Of a stretch of DNA of 64,000 bases, positions 55,612 to 64,000 are shown piece by piece. The notes beneath the pieces are model-generated. The model was given only the letters and a program-made list of their open reading frames with translations. It did not search any database and was not told the origin of the DNA. This stretch comes from Akkermansiaceae bacterium UBA4589 (GTDB lineage Bacteria; Verrucomicrobiota; Verrucomicrobiia; Verrucomicrobiales; Akkermansiaceae), in assembly GCA_002387565.1 (NCBI GenBank), contig DGJT01000018.1, positions 17,767 to 81,766 on the forward strand, written 5' to 3'. Each line of letters starts with the position of its first letter. The stretch's first letter is position 1. The translations under genes and the position numbers were made by a program.

Positions 55612-57076
55612 TCTGGCTGACTTAGTGAGTAGTTTAAATCTAGATATCACTCAATATGGGTGGATAGCTGCCGGTGTTATAGTGCTTACTTCTATAGGAT
55701 TTAATATCCATTATATCCGCTTAAAAAAGCAAATTAAACTCAAGCAGGAGGAGCTGAGCTGTATGGAAAATGAAGAGTACAGACTCTTTAGACTTTTTCA
55801 CGAGTTAACTGAGGCTGTTGAGCGTGATACGAGTATTGCTCAACTATACAGAGTTATCACTCATGGTGCTATGGATGTCTTTGAGGGGGCTAAGGGTGCA
55901 GGCGTCTATTTGCTAGATAGGCAGACAAAAAGTGTACTTACACCTAAATATCTGTCAGAAGATTTAACCCCATTAGTTAAAATAAAAGGAATGGATTTTA
56001 CCGAATTAGTGAGTAGGCAAAGAAGTATAAATGTTCCTTACAAGCAATCAGAAATTTTCACAGAGGTCATCCAAGGTCGTTCAGTATTAAATCTAGCAGG
56101 CGCTGATTTAAAAAGTTGGTTTAAAACTGATTATCCAGATTTGCCATCAGATCTTAAAATCATGGTTGGTCCCCTAATCCTTAATAGTTCAGTATTAGGT
56201 ATTTTAGTATTAACAGGTGAGGGAAATAGTGCTTACTCACGTAATGATCAAGCTGTATTTGAAGCGCTGTGTGAGCAGGGAGCTCACACGTTGGGTAATG
56301 CTATTTTACATAGAGATGTGGCGGACAAGCGCCGTTTAGATCAGGAATTATTCTTAGCTACTGAGGTACAAAAAATATTGCTACCAAGAACAGATCCTGA
56401 ATTCAACGGTTATCAAATCCATGGGATCAATAGACCTGCACGTATGATTAGTGGTGATTATTTTGATTATGTGCGTTTTTCTCAAGATGAGTTAGGCATT
56501 GTGATAGGAGATGTCACGGGCAAGGGGGTCTCGGCAGGCTTACTAATGTCCATGTGTCGTAGTACTATTCGAAGTCTTGCGACCAGAGAAGGGATAAATA
56601 TAGAAAGCTTACTGCCTAAAGCTAACCGATTATTGTTTAGCGATATGCGTGAAGATATGTTTATCACGGTTGGCATGGCGTTGATTAATCGCGAAACTGA
56701 CCAAGTAGCTATTGCTCGAGCAGGTCATGAGAGCGTGCTTTGGTATCATGCCAAAACAAATGAGGTGAGTCTTATTAACCCTAAAGGTATTGCTCTAGGC
56801 TTAGATGAAGGCCCTGTATTTGAGCGTATGTTAGAAGTTCAAAATATTACCCTGGAAGCAGGAGATATTATTTTGTTAACCACAGACGGTATTCGAGAAG
56901 CTGAGAATTTAGAAGGAAAACAATTCGGACTTACTATATTAGAGGAAATTATATGCATTTATGGTAAAGACGGCGTAGGTAATTTAGTAGCAAAAATTGA
57001 AGAAGCTGTAGCTGATTTTAGTCAGAGTAAAAATCAACTTGACGATATAACAGTTGTCGCTATACAGAAGTCATAG
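55604..57076 (+). CDS. GAF-domain PP2C (SpoIIE/RsbU-type) serine phosphatase
   Basis: One TM helix, a GAF-like middle region and PP2C motifs SGDYFDY, GDVTGKGVSAG, TDGIREA and DDITVVAI. The start was set at ATG 55604, which overlaps the STAS stop by 8 nt. Confidence 0.8.
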   Translation: MSDLADLVSSLNLDITQYGWIAAGVIVLTSIGFNIHYIRLKKQIKLKQEELSCMENEEYRLFRLFHELTEAVERDTSIAQLYRVITHGAMDVFEGAKGAGVYLLDRQTKSVLTPKYLSEDLTPLVKIKGMDFTELVSRQRSINVPYKQSEIFTEVIQGRSVLNLAGADLKSWFKTDYPDLPSDLKIMVGPLILNSSVLGILVLTGEGNSAYSRNDQAVFEALCEQGAHTLGNAILHRDVADKRRLDQELFLATEVQKILLPRTDPEFNGYQIHGINRPARMISGDYFDYVRFSQDELGIVIGDVTGKGVSAGLLMSMCRSTIRSLATREGINIESLLPKANRLLFSDMREDMFITVGMALINRETDQVAIARAGHESVLWYHAKTNEVSLINPKGIALGLDEGPVFERMLEVQNITLEAGDIILLTTDGIREAENLEGKQFGLTILEEIICIYGKDGVGNLVAKIEEAVADFSQSKNQLDDITVVAIQKS

Positions 57077-57156
57077 CAAAAAGGGCTCATCGTTATACTA
57101 AAATTTAACTGAGCCCCCTACCTTATCTCTCATCTATTTAAATAATTATTATCAAT

Positions 57157-57723
57157 ATGAATAAAAAAGCTACCTCTAAGAAAAAGGAAGATAATCCTAG
57201 TGCAGAAGAGCCTTTAGAAAAAGAGACTACGGCTAATACAGAAGTAGTTGAAGAATCTCCAACAGAAGCTGAAGCTTCTGAAGACACATTAGAGTTCTGG
57301 AAGGAGCAAGCCATGCGCCAAGCTGCAGAATTAGAGAACTTTCGTAAGCGCATGACTAAGGAAAAATCTGAGGCTATTATTTATGCAAACCAGCGCTTGA
57401 TCGAATCATTGTTACCTGTTTTAGATAATTTTGAAATGGGTATGCAGGCAGCGCAAGGAGATGAATCCTCGATGATTTATCAAGGCATGCTTATGGTGCA
57501 AAAACAGTTAGCCACCTTTTTAGAAGATTTAGGTGTAGTGACCATTGAGACTAAAGTTGGTGATATTTTTGATCCAGCTATTCATGAAGCTATGTCACAA
57601 GAAGAATCTACAGAGATTAAACCTGAACACATTATCAGAGTTTACCGCAAAGGTTATCAGCTCAGTGGACGTTTATTGCGCCCTGCCTCAGTGATTGTAT
57701 CTAAGGTTGAAGATGCTGAATAA
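57157..57723 (+). CDS. grpE: Nucleotide exchange factor GrpE
   Basis: Acidic N-terminus, then AELENFRKR, LLPVLDNFE and a C-terminal GY.L.GRLLRPA.V motif. Confidence 0.9.
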   Translation: MNKKATSKKKEDNPSAEEPLEKETTANTEVVEESPTEAEASEDTLEFWKEQAMRQAAELENFRKRMTKEKSEAIIYANQRLIESLLPVLDNFEMGMQAAQGDESSMIYQGMLMVQKQLATFLEDLGVVTIETKVGDIFDPAIHEAMSQEESTEIKPEHIIRVYRKGYQLSGRLLRPASVIVSKVEDAE

Positions 57724-57821
57724 TCATTAAATAAAGTTGACATTAATCAAAAATTAAAAGAGAAAGGCAGGTCAAAAATTCTCTTTTTCAGAGGAATGAC
57801 ATTTCCTATAAATATAATAAT

Positions 57822-60569
57822 ATGAGCAATTCCGTCTCTTCTCGTCTTAACATAGAGTTGTTAGAGCAACAGTATGCCCAATGGCAGGCCGATTCGACCA
57901 GTGTAGATGAACAATGGCAGTCTTTTTTCCAAGGTTTTGAACTTGGCTCCGTAAAAGCGGAGGAAGAAGAGGCACAGGGCGCCTCTTTAGGAGTTAACGC
58001 TATTGATGAAGTTTTTTACAGTAAAGTAGTTAGTGCTATTTATAATTACCGTACTTTAGGTCATTTTAAGGCTGATATCAATCCGATACAAGAGCCTAAA
58101 AATATAGATCGTTTAAGTTTAGAATCTTTGGGTTTTAGTTCTCAAGATTTAGAAAAAACCGCTTCTTCTATTTTCTTTAAAAATGCTAAAAATCTCAAAA
58201 TCAAGGATTTAATAACCGAGTTAGAAGCTGTCTATTGTGATAAAATTGGTTTTGAGTTCATGCATATCCATGAAACAGAAATTCGCCATTGGATTCGTAA
58301 TCAAATTGAAGCAAGAGTCAAGTTGACCCCAACAAAAGAAGACAAGACTAAATGGTTAGAGTGGTTGCTTACTGCAGAAATGTTTGAGTCTTTCTTGGGT
58401 AAAAAATTTCTTGGTGAAAAACGCTTTTCTCTAGAGGGTGGTGAAGGTGCCATGGTCATTCTCAATGCCTTACTTGAATCATGCCCAGGTCAGGGTGTTA
58501 AGGAAATCGAGATGGGTATGTCACATCGCGGTCGTCTTAATGTACTTGCTAATTTTGTTGGCAAGTCATTACCAACTTTGCTGCATGAGTTCACTCCTAA
58601 CTATAAGCCTGATTTGGCTGCTGGTGATGGTGATGTGAAATACCATCTAGGTTTTGAAAGTGTGCGCAAACTCTCAGATGGCGAAGTGAGAGTAAGCTTA
58701 GCAGCTAATCCAAGTCACTTGGAGGCAGTTAATGCTGTTGTGGAAGGTAAGGCAAGAGCTCGTCAACGTATCTTAGGTGACAGTGTGGAGCGTAAACAAG
58801 TATTACCAATACTCATTCACGGAGACGCTGCTTTTGCGGGACAAGGTCCTGTAGCCGAGGTGCTTAATATGTCTCAGCTTCCTGGTTATCGTACAGGTGG
58901 TACGATTCATTTAATTATTAATAACCAAATTGGCTTTACCACATCTCCAGAAGATGCTCGCTCATCTCCTTATGCGACTGATGTAGCTAAGATGATTGAC
59001 GCTCCTATACTTCATGTTAATGGAGAAGACCCAGAAGCCTTAGTGTGGTCAGCTCAATTTGCTCTTGAATTTAGGCAGAAGTTTAATCGTGATATCGTCC
59101 TTGATATGTATTGTTACCGTAGACAAGGTCACAATGAGACAGATCAGGCGGCCTTTACTCAACCTACCAAATCCAAAATTATTGCTTCTAAAAAACCAGT
59201 AGGTCAAATGTACAAAACAGCACTTGAATCTGGTCAAGATTTGAGTAGTGATGAAACACAAGAGGTGGTTGATAAAATTTCAGCGCGTCTTAACGAAGGT
59301 TTTGATAAGATGCTTGAAGCTCAAGAAAAAGGTGATAAAGACACCTTCTATGGCTCTACAGCTGAGTTACAGGCTCCATTTAATTTTGATGTTGTTCAAA
59401 CAGGTGTAGACAAGAAACTCCTTAACAAAGTAGGTAAAGCTCTGATTAATATACCTAAGGATTTTAAATTGAATACCACACTTGCTAAACGCTTTTTCCC
59501 GCGTCGTGAAGAAGCTGTAAAAACCGGTGAAAAAATTGATTGGGCATTAGCTGAAGCTCTTGCTTTTGGTACTTTGGTTGAACAAGGTTACCCAATTCGC
59601 CTCTCTGGTCAGGATTGTCGCCGTGGTACTTTTTCCCATCGTCACGCTGTTTTGTATGACGCAGAGACTCGTGAGCGTTATACACCATTACAAAATATTT
59701 CCAAAAAACAAGAGACTTTCTGTGTTTACAATAGTCTCCTTTCTGAAGCAGGTGTATTAGGTTTCGATTATGGATATTCATTAAGCCTACCTAAGATGCT
59801 CATCATGTGGGAAGCTCAATTTGGTGACTTTGCTAATGGAGCACAAGTCATGATTGATCAGTTCATCAGTTCTGCTGAATCAAAATGGCAGACACCAAGT
59901 AGCTTAGTCATGTTGCTGCCTCACGGCTACGAAGGGATGGGGCCTGAGCACTCAAGTGCTAGACTTGAGCGTTTCTTGCAACTCTGCGCAGAGAAAAATA
60001 TGCGTGTGGTTAATTTGACAACTCCAGCACAGTATTTCCATGCGTTGCGTCGTCAAAAACTCTGTGAATTTCAAAAGCCTCTTATCGTCATGACGCCTAA
60101 GAGTTTGCTTTCTAAAGCAGAGGCAGTCTCATCTATAGAAGATTTCACTGAAGACAGTCATTTCTTAGAAATTATTACTGATGATTTGGCAACAGCTCAA
60201 TCCAAGAAAGTAGATAGAGTTATCTTCTGTTCTGGTAAGGTCTACTACGACCTTATTGATTACCGTGATGAGCAAGAAGGAGATAAAATCACCACTGCCA
60301 TTATAAGAATGGAGCAGCTTTATCCTTTCCACGAAGATGCCATTGTCGAAGCCTTAGCCCCATTCCAAGGTGCTAAGAGTTTTGTATGGTGTCAGGAAGA
60401 GCCATTAAATATGGGAGGCTGGACGCTTGTAGGCCCAGGATTGAATCAACTCATCGATGGTAGATTTAAATTTGCAGGTCGTAAGGCTTCTGCAAGTCCT
60501 GCCGTGGGCTCTAAAGCAGCGCACAAACAAGAACAAGCTGACCTTGTTCAAAAAGCATTTACTATCTAA
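57822..60569 (+). CDS. sucA: 2-oxoglutarate dehydrogenase E1 component
   Basis: 915 aa with typical SucA motifs: GMSHRGRLNVL, HGDAAFAGQGPV, QFGDFANGAQ and LPHGYEGMGPEHSS. Confidence 0.95.
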   Translation: MSNSVSSRLNIELLEQQYAQWQADSTSVDEQWQSFFQGFELGSVKAEEEEAQGASLGVNAIDEVFYSKVVSAIYNYRTLGHFKADINPIQEPKNIDRLSLESLGFSSQDLEKTASSIFFKNAKNLKIKDLITELEAVYCDKIGFEFMHIHETEIRHWIRNQIEARVKLTPTKEDKTKWLEWLLTAEMFESFLGKKFLGEKRFSLEGGEGAMVILNALLESCPGQGVKEIEMGMSHRGRLNVLANFVGKSLPTLLHEFTPNYKPDLAAGDGDVKYHLGFESVRKLSDGEVRVSLAANPSHLEAVNAVVEGKARARQRILGDSVERKQVLPILIHGDAAFAGQGPVAEVLNMSQLPGYRTGGTIHLIINNQIGFTTSPEDARSSPYATDVAKMIDAPILHVNGEDPEALVWSAQFALEFRQKFNRDIVLDMYCYRRQGHNETDQAAFTQPTKSKIIASKKPVGQMYKTALESGQDLSSDETQEVVDKISARLNEGFDKMLEAQEKGDKDTFYGSTAELQAPFNFDVVQTGVDKKLLNKVGKALINIPKDFKLNTTLAKRFFPRREEAVKTGEKIDWALAEALAFGTLVEQGYPIRLSGQDCRRGTFSHRHAVLYDAETRERYTPLQNISKKQETFCVYNSLLSEAGVLGFDYGYSLSLPKMLIMWEAQFGDFANGAQVMIDQFISSAESKWQTPSSLVMLLPHGYEGMGPEHSSARLERFLQLCAEKNMRVVNLTTPAQYFHALRRQKLCEFQKPLIVMTPKSLLSKAEAVSSIEDFTEDSHFLEIITDDLATAQSKKVDRVIFCSGKVYYDLIDYRDEQEGDKITTAIIRMEQLYPFHEDAIVEALAPFQGAKSFVWCQEEPLNMGGWTLVGPGLNQLIDGRFKFAGRKASASPAVGSKAAHKQEQADLVQKAFTI

Positions 60570-60600
60570 TATAAATTAAACACTTAAATACCCCACTATT

Positions 60601-61704
60601 ATGGCAATTGATATTATCGTTCCAGCAGCTGGTGAATCTGTCACTTCTGCTAATATCGCCCAATGGCATATCGCCACAGGTGATTTAGTAAAAAAAGGCG
60701 ACACCCTAGTAACTTTAGACACAGACAAAGTCTCAACTGAACTCGAAGCAGAGGTTTCAGGTGAAGTCACAATCACTATCCAAGAAGGCGAAGAAGTCGA
60801 CATCGGCGCTGTGATTGGCAGTATCGAAGAAAAAGAAGTTGCGGACACTCAAGAACCTGCACCAGCCACAGAAGCTCCAGCTCCAGCTCCAGCGGAGAAA
60901 AAGGAAGAAGCTAAGCCTGAGCCAGAGGCAGCTCCTGCACCAGCGCCTAAGCCTGCTCCTACTGTAGCTCCAGTTGATAACACTCCATCAACAGCAGAAG
61001 GCAGAACTAGCCGTAAGAAAATGACGCCATTGCGTAAAAAAATTGCGACTCACTTAGTCAATGCTCAGCGTAACGCAGCACTTTTAACGACTTTCAACGA
61101 AGTAGACATGGCTCCTATCATGGAATTGCGTAAGGAGGTGCAAGATCAGTTCGTGGCTAAGCATGGTACGAAACTTGGCTTCATGTCATTCTTCACTAAA
61201 GCAGTTGTGGAAGCACTCAAAACAGTACCAGCCATCAATGCTCAAATCGAAGGTGATGAAGTAGTGCAAAACCACTTCTTTGATATTGGTGTTGCGGTAG
61301 GCACAGAAAAAGGCCTCGTAGTTCCAGTAATTCGTGATTGTGAAAAGAAAAGTTTTGCTGAAATCGAGCTATCCATTCTTGATTATGCACAAAAAGCTCG
61401 TGATGGGAAAATCGGTATTCAAGATTTACAAGGCGGTGTGTTTACTATCTCTAACGGAGGTGTGTACGGTTCACTCCTAAGTACACCGATTGTCAATCCA
61501 CCACAAAGCGCGATTCTAGGCATGCATACTATCCAGCAACGTCCAGTAGCCAAAGATGGTAGAGTTGAAATAGCGCCGATGATGTACTTAGCACTTAGCT
61601 ATGATCACAGACTCGTCGATGGCAAAGAAGCGGTAACGTTCCTTATCAAGATTAAAGAATGCTTAGAAAATCCAGCATTACTTATGTGGAAAGACTCACA
61701 ATAA
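60601..61704 (+). CDS. sucB: Dihydrolipoyllysine-residue succinyltransferase (E2o)
   Basis: Lipoyl domain ([12 protein letters not shown]), P/A-rich linker and a catalytic domain with the DHRLVDG motif. Confidence 0.95.
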   Translation: MAIDIIVPAAGESVTSANIAQWHIATGDLVKKGDTLVTLDTDKVSTELEAEVSGEVTITIQEGEEVDIGAVIGSIEEKEVADTQEPAPATEAPAPAPAEKKEEAKPEPEAAPAPAPKPAPTVAPVDNTPSTAEGRTSRKKMTPLRKKIATHLVNAQRNAALLTTFNEVDMAPIMELRKEVQDQFVAKHGTKLGFMSFFTKAVVEALKTVPAINAQIEGDEVVQNHFFDIGVAVGTEKGLVVPVIRDCEKKSFAEIELSILDYAQKARDGKIGIQDLQGGVFTISNGGVYGSLLSTPIVNPPQSAILGMHTIQQRPVAKDGRVEIAPMMYLALSYDHRLVDGKEAVTFLIKIKECLENPALLMWKDSQ

Positions 61705-61728
61705 TCAGCCTTTAAGGTTTTCAAAAAA

Positions 61729-61765
61729 GCACAAGTCGAAATTCGGCTTGTGCGTTTTTTGTTTT
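61729..61765 (+). terminator. Intrinsic terminator after sucB
   Basis: Stem GCACAAGTCG/CGGCTTGTGC (one G-T wobble), 5-nt loop, then GTTTTTTGTTTT. Confidence 0.75.
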
Positions 61766-61786
61766 AGGGTTATAGCCTAGAGCTGT

Positions 61787-62602
61787 ATGGGTAGTGACTT
61801 TCAATTTTCTGTTTTAGGTAGTGGTAGCAAGGGTAATGCTATTTTGATTAAAGCAGGTAATGATACAGTATTACTTGACCCAGGTTTAAGCACTAAACAG
61901 TTGGAGCTACGCATGCGTGCAGTCGATTGCGAACCTAGTGATATCAAGCATATTTGCATCACGCATGAGCACAGTGACCATGTCCAAGGGCTCAAGGTAT
62001 TTGGTAAACGCTATCCTAGTAAAATTTATATTACCCATAACAATTACCGCTGGTGTCTAAGCAAAAATGAAGAGGTGTACAAAGCAGCAGGTTTTCAGAG
62101 TAAATTTTGCATTATTGAGCCCAAGCAAACCTTCAAGGTAGGTGAGCTAAAAATCACCGCTTTTAGAGTCAATCATGATGCGGTTGAGCCTGTGGTCTAC
62201 CGCTTTGACTATAAAGGCAAGAGTTTTGGAGTCCTTACAGATCTAGGCGAATTTTCATCAGAATTACTAACAGCATTTGCTCAGGTTGATGCCTTGATTT
62301 TAGAAACCAACTATGATGACGACCTGCTCACTAGCGATACTAAACGCCCTTTTGCACTTAAGCAGCGCATTGCCTCCGCCTATGGCCATTTATCTAATAG
62401 TGAAGCAGCGAAAGTACTCTCAACTATTATTAAGCATAATCAAGGACGTTTAGAAAACCTCATCCTAGCCCACCTAAGTTCAGACTGTAATACGCCAGAT
62501 TTAGCCAGAGAAGCCGTCAGTCATATTTTACAAAAAGCACCACAGGAGATTAAATGTCAAGTGGCAAGTCCTATCACCCCCATCGACTGGATCAACGTAT
62601 AA
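61787..62602 (+). CDS. MBL-fold metallo-hydrolase (YycJ/PhnP-like)
   Basis: HEHSDH motif, with downstream NHD and AHLS metal-binding positions. Confidence 0.75.
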   Translation: MGSDFQFSVLGSGSKGNAILIKAGNDTVLLDPGLSTKQLELRMRAVDCEPSDIKHICITHEHSDHVQGLKVFGKRYPSKIYITHNNYRWCLSKNEEVYKAAGFQSKFCIIEPKQTFKVGELKITAFRVNHDAVEPVVYRFDYKGKSFGVLTDLGEFSSELLTAFAQVDALILETNYDDDLLTSDTKRPFALKQRIASAYGHLSNSEAAKVLSTIIKHNQGRLENLILAHLSSDCNTPDLAREAVSHILQKAPQEIKCQVASPITPIDWINV

Positions 62603-62605
62603 ATA

Positions 62606-62714
62606 CTCCGCTTTTGGCGATTAAGCGGTTTTTCTCAGACTGTCGTAGTGCTCATGAATGTTTTAATTCACTGCGCTCTACGGTTCTTCGGCAAACCGCT
62701 TTCTCATCCAAAAC
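62606..62714. repeat. Palindromic intergenic element, copy C (type 1)
   Basis: Begins 4 nt after the MBL-hydrolase stop and is the best-folding copy, with three stems: AAGCGGTTT/AAACCGCTT, CGTAG/CTACG and TGAAT/ATTCA. Confidence 0.8.
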
Positions 62715-62735
62715 TAGAGCATTTATATAAACCTC

Positions 62736-62906
62736 TCACTTATTACCCTCTAACTTCGCTCGAGGTTCTATGGAATGAATACCTAAGTCATTAGGAAGTG
62801 TAGCAGTTAAAATTAGAGTATTTTGATGAGCTCGTTTTGGATATATAAATTTTAATTTAGATGCGCTTTTCTTGACGGGGCTAGGCTCAATCTTTAATAT
62901 TTTCAT
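62736..62906 (-). CDS. Possible 56-aa ORF, below the ORF-track length cutoff and of unknown function
   Basis: My own translation is MKILKIEPSPVKKSASKLKFIYPKRAHQNTLILTATLPNDLGIHSIEPRAKLEGNK. It is divergent from the 62927 ORF. No motif support. Confidence 0.15.
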   Translation of the reverse strand: MKILKIEPSPVKKSASKLKFIYPKRAHQNTLILTATLPNDLGIHSIEPRAKLEGNK

Positions 62907-62926
62907 ATTAGAATCAATAATCAGTT

Positions 62927-63247
62927 ATGAAAATGAAAAATATATTAAAATATCTTTGGAGAATTTGCTCAATTATCGCAACAGTTTGGCTATTTTTCAC
63001 TTTATTTAGTATAACTGTATGGAATAAAAGTGATAAGACTAAGGTCTATGGAGAAGTTATAAAAATCCATACACACGAATGGAATGGTATTAAAGAAACT
63101 AATGCTTTAGTTGAAACAGAAGATGGCAAAGGCGTCGTCCAAGTCAGAGTTTATAGTGCAGGCCTCAACGTTGGAGATAGAGTGTCCGTTGACATAAATA
63201 CAGGTAGAAACTTAGCTAATTATATGCATGCTTCTATTTCTAGGTGA
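62927..63247 (+). CDS. Hypothetical small membrane-anchored protein
   Basis: 106 aa with one TM helix, in an AT-rich context. Confidence 0.35.
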   Translation: MKMKNILKYLWRICSIIATVWLFFTLFSITVWNKSDKTKVYGEVIKIHTHEWNGIKETNALVETEDGKGVVQVRVYSAGLNVGDRVSVDINTGRNLANYMHASISR

Positions 63248-63291
63248 TAAGCGGCAGCTTACTTTTTTATATAACTTAAAATAAATAGATA

Positions 63292-63633
63292 GTGATGAAA
63301 ATTAGTAGTTTTTTGATAGTGATTTTATGTAGTTTTTGTATTCAAGCAAATGATATACTGAATGAATGGAGGTTATGGACAAGTGCTGTAGGCAGCGAGA
63401 TTGAGGCGAAGCTCATTAATATGAATGATGAATTTGTACAATTAGAGATTAAATCTACAGGCAATAAAATAGCTCTAAAAATTAATGATTTATCCATTCA
63501 AGATAGAATATTGCTGAGCGAAATGACTCAACCAGAAGAAAAAGGAGATGCCCAAGTTGAAGGGCTTGATGCTACGCCTGGTAAAATAAGCCCAGTTATT
63601 AAATGTTTAAGTCCCCAAGATCAACAATGGTAA
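63292..63633 (+). CDS. Secreted protein with SHD1-like (SLA1 homology) domain
   Basis: Signal peptide, then WRLWTSAVGSEIEAKLINMNDEFVQLEIKSTGNKIALKINDLSIQDR, which matches the bacterial SHD1 pattern. Confidence 0.5.
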   Translation: MMKISSFLIVILCSFCIQANDILNEWRLWTSAVGSEIEAKLINMNDEFVQLEIKSTGNKIALKINDLSIQDRILLSEMTQPEEKGDAQVEGLDATPGKISPVIKCLSPQDQQW

Positions 63634-63839
63634 GTATCAACTATGAGAGGTTTGGAAAATGTCAAAGCTTGTGTAACAAGCGGTTTTGGACGTAATGACT
63701 AACCTAAGTACTCTCCAAGTAAGGGGAGTTTGATTCAGCTACAAGGCTTGCCGTGCTAGGCTGTAGAAAAGTAGGGCTACTGCCTTGGCGCGGCGTAACG
63801 CAGTAGATGAATTGAAATCTGCTTACTCACCTAATAAAA

Positions 63840-64000
63840 TCAGGCTTTTGGGGGGTATGCATAACACTTCTGCCAAAAATCCACTAAATATTTAATACGT
63901 GTAGGGCAGTTAGATAGAGGTTCTTCTAACTCCCAAAATGAGAACCATTTGACAGCGTAAATACCTTCTTCAATTTGAGGCTTTACGATATCTGGGTCAC
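63840..64000 (-). CDS. 3' end of a gene that continues beyond the window (C-terminal 52 aa), function unknown
   Basis: My own translation of the minus strand is ...DPDIVKPQIEEGIYAVKWFSFWELEEPLSNCPTRIKYLVDFWQKCYAYPPKA, with the stop at 63840-63842. The frame is open to the window edge. Confidence 0.3.
   Translation of the reverse strand, partial: DPDIVKPQIEEGIYAVKWFSFWELEEPLSNCPTRIKYLVDFWQKCYAYPPKA

Noticed and set aside
63634-63839. Possible additional copy of the palindromic element, or an ncRNA, in the ~200-nt gap near the window end
   Set aside because: Only short fragments (GCGGTTTTGGA..., ...GGCTTTTGGGG) resemble the repeat termini. I could neither align the arms nor draw a convincing fold, and no tmRNA, RNase P, SRP or 6S signatures are visible.
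1-64000. CRISPR arrays, transposases, integrases, reverse transcriptases, toxin-antitoxin pairs or recognised anti-phage defence genes
   Set aside because: I scanned both strands of the ORF track and the intergenic gaps. No repeat-spacer periodicity and no diagnostic motifs were seen. The only repeated sequence family is the palindromic element reported above.

Overview
This 64 kb window looks like mostly core chromosome from a Gram-negative bacterium with roughly 40-45% GC by eye. The gene content is reminiscent of the Planctomycetes-Verrucomicrobia-Lentisphaerae group: Alternative Complex III, an SHD1-domain protein and a short OPX exporter paired with a beta-barrel. The taxon cannot be established from the sequence alone. 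Almost all of the window is coding. Housekeeping genes include comEC, cysS, yidD, trmL, a DAHP synthase, rbfA, msrB, a SulP permease, an LptF/G-type permease, rpoA-rplQ, pheA, ispD, transaldolase, grpE, sucA-sucB, tRNA-Leu(TAA) and tRNA-Gly(TCC). The dominant feature is a co-directional block of 16 genes spanning 16.6 kb (26228-42832). It encodes Alternative Complex III (actABCDEF), then a cbb3-like CcoN/CcoO/cytochrome c trio, then an intact A-type haem-copper oxidase in the unusual order ctaD-ctaE-ctaF-(two tiny membrane ORFs)-ctaC. The CcoN homologue has lost every canonical CuB/haem b3 histidine motif. CtaE carries an insertion of about 350 aa in one loop. This respiratory super-cluster, and the apparently ligand-less CcoN paralogue in particular, is my best candidate for undescribed biology. 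Other items worth a second look are listed here. (1) A palindromic intergenic element of about 105 nt has three full copies plus one half copy; each full copy lies 3-9 nt after a stop codon, and paired substitutions preserve the stem. (2) An exbB-exbD operon has no TonB/TolA and is instead coupled to an 862-aa TPR protein, a membrane-anchored coiled-coil protein and a Pro-Lys-linker LysM protein. (3) A polysaccharide export module looks like a composite short-OPX/beta-barrel translocon with a BY-kinase. (4) A STAS/PP2C partner-switching pair has no kinase nearby. (5) Ribosomal protein L17 has an acidic-then-basic tail. I recognised no CRISPR array, transposase, integrase, reverse transcriptase or known defence gene. 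All functional calls rest on motif recognition by eye in the supplied translations; no database search was run.
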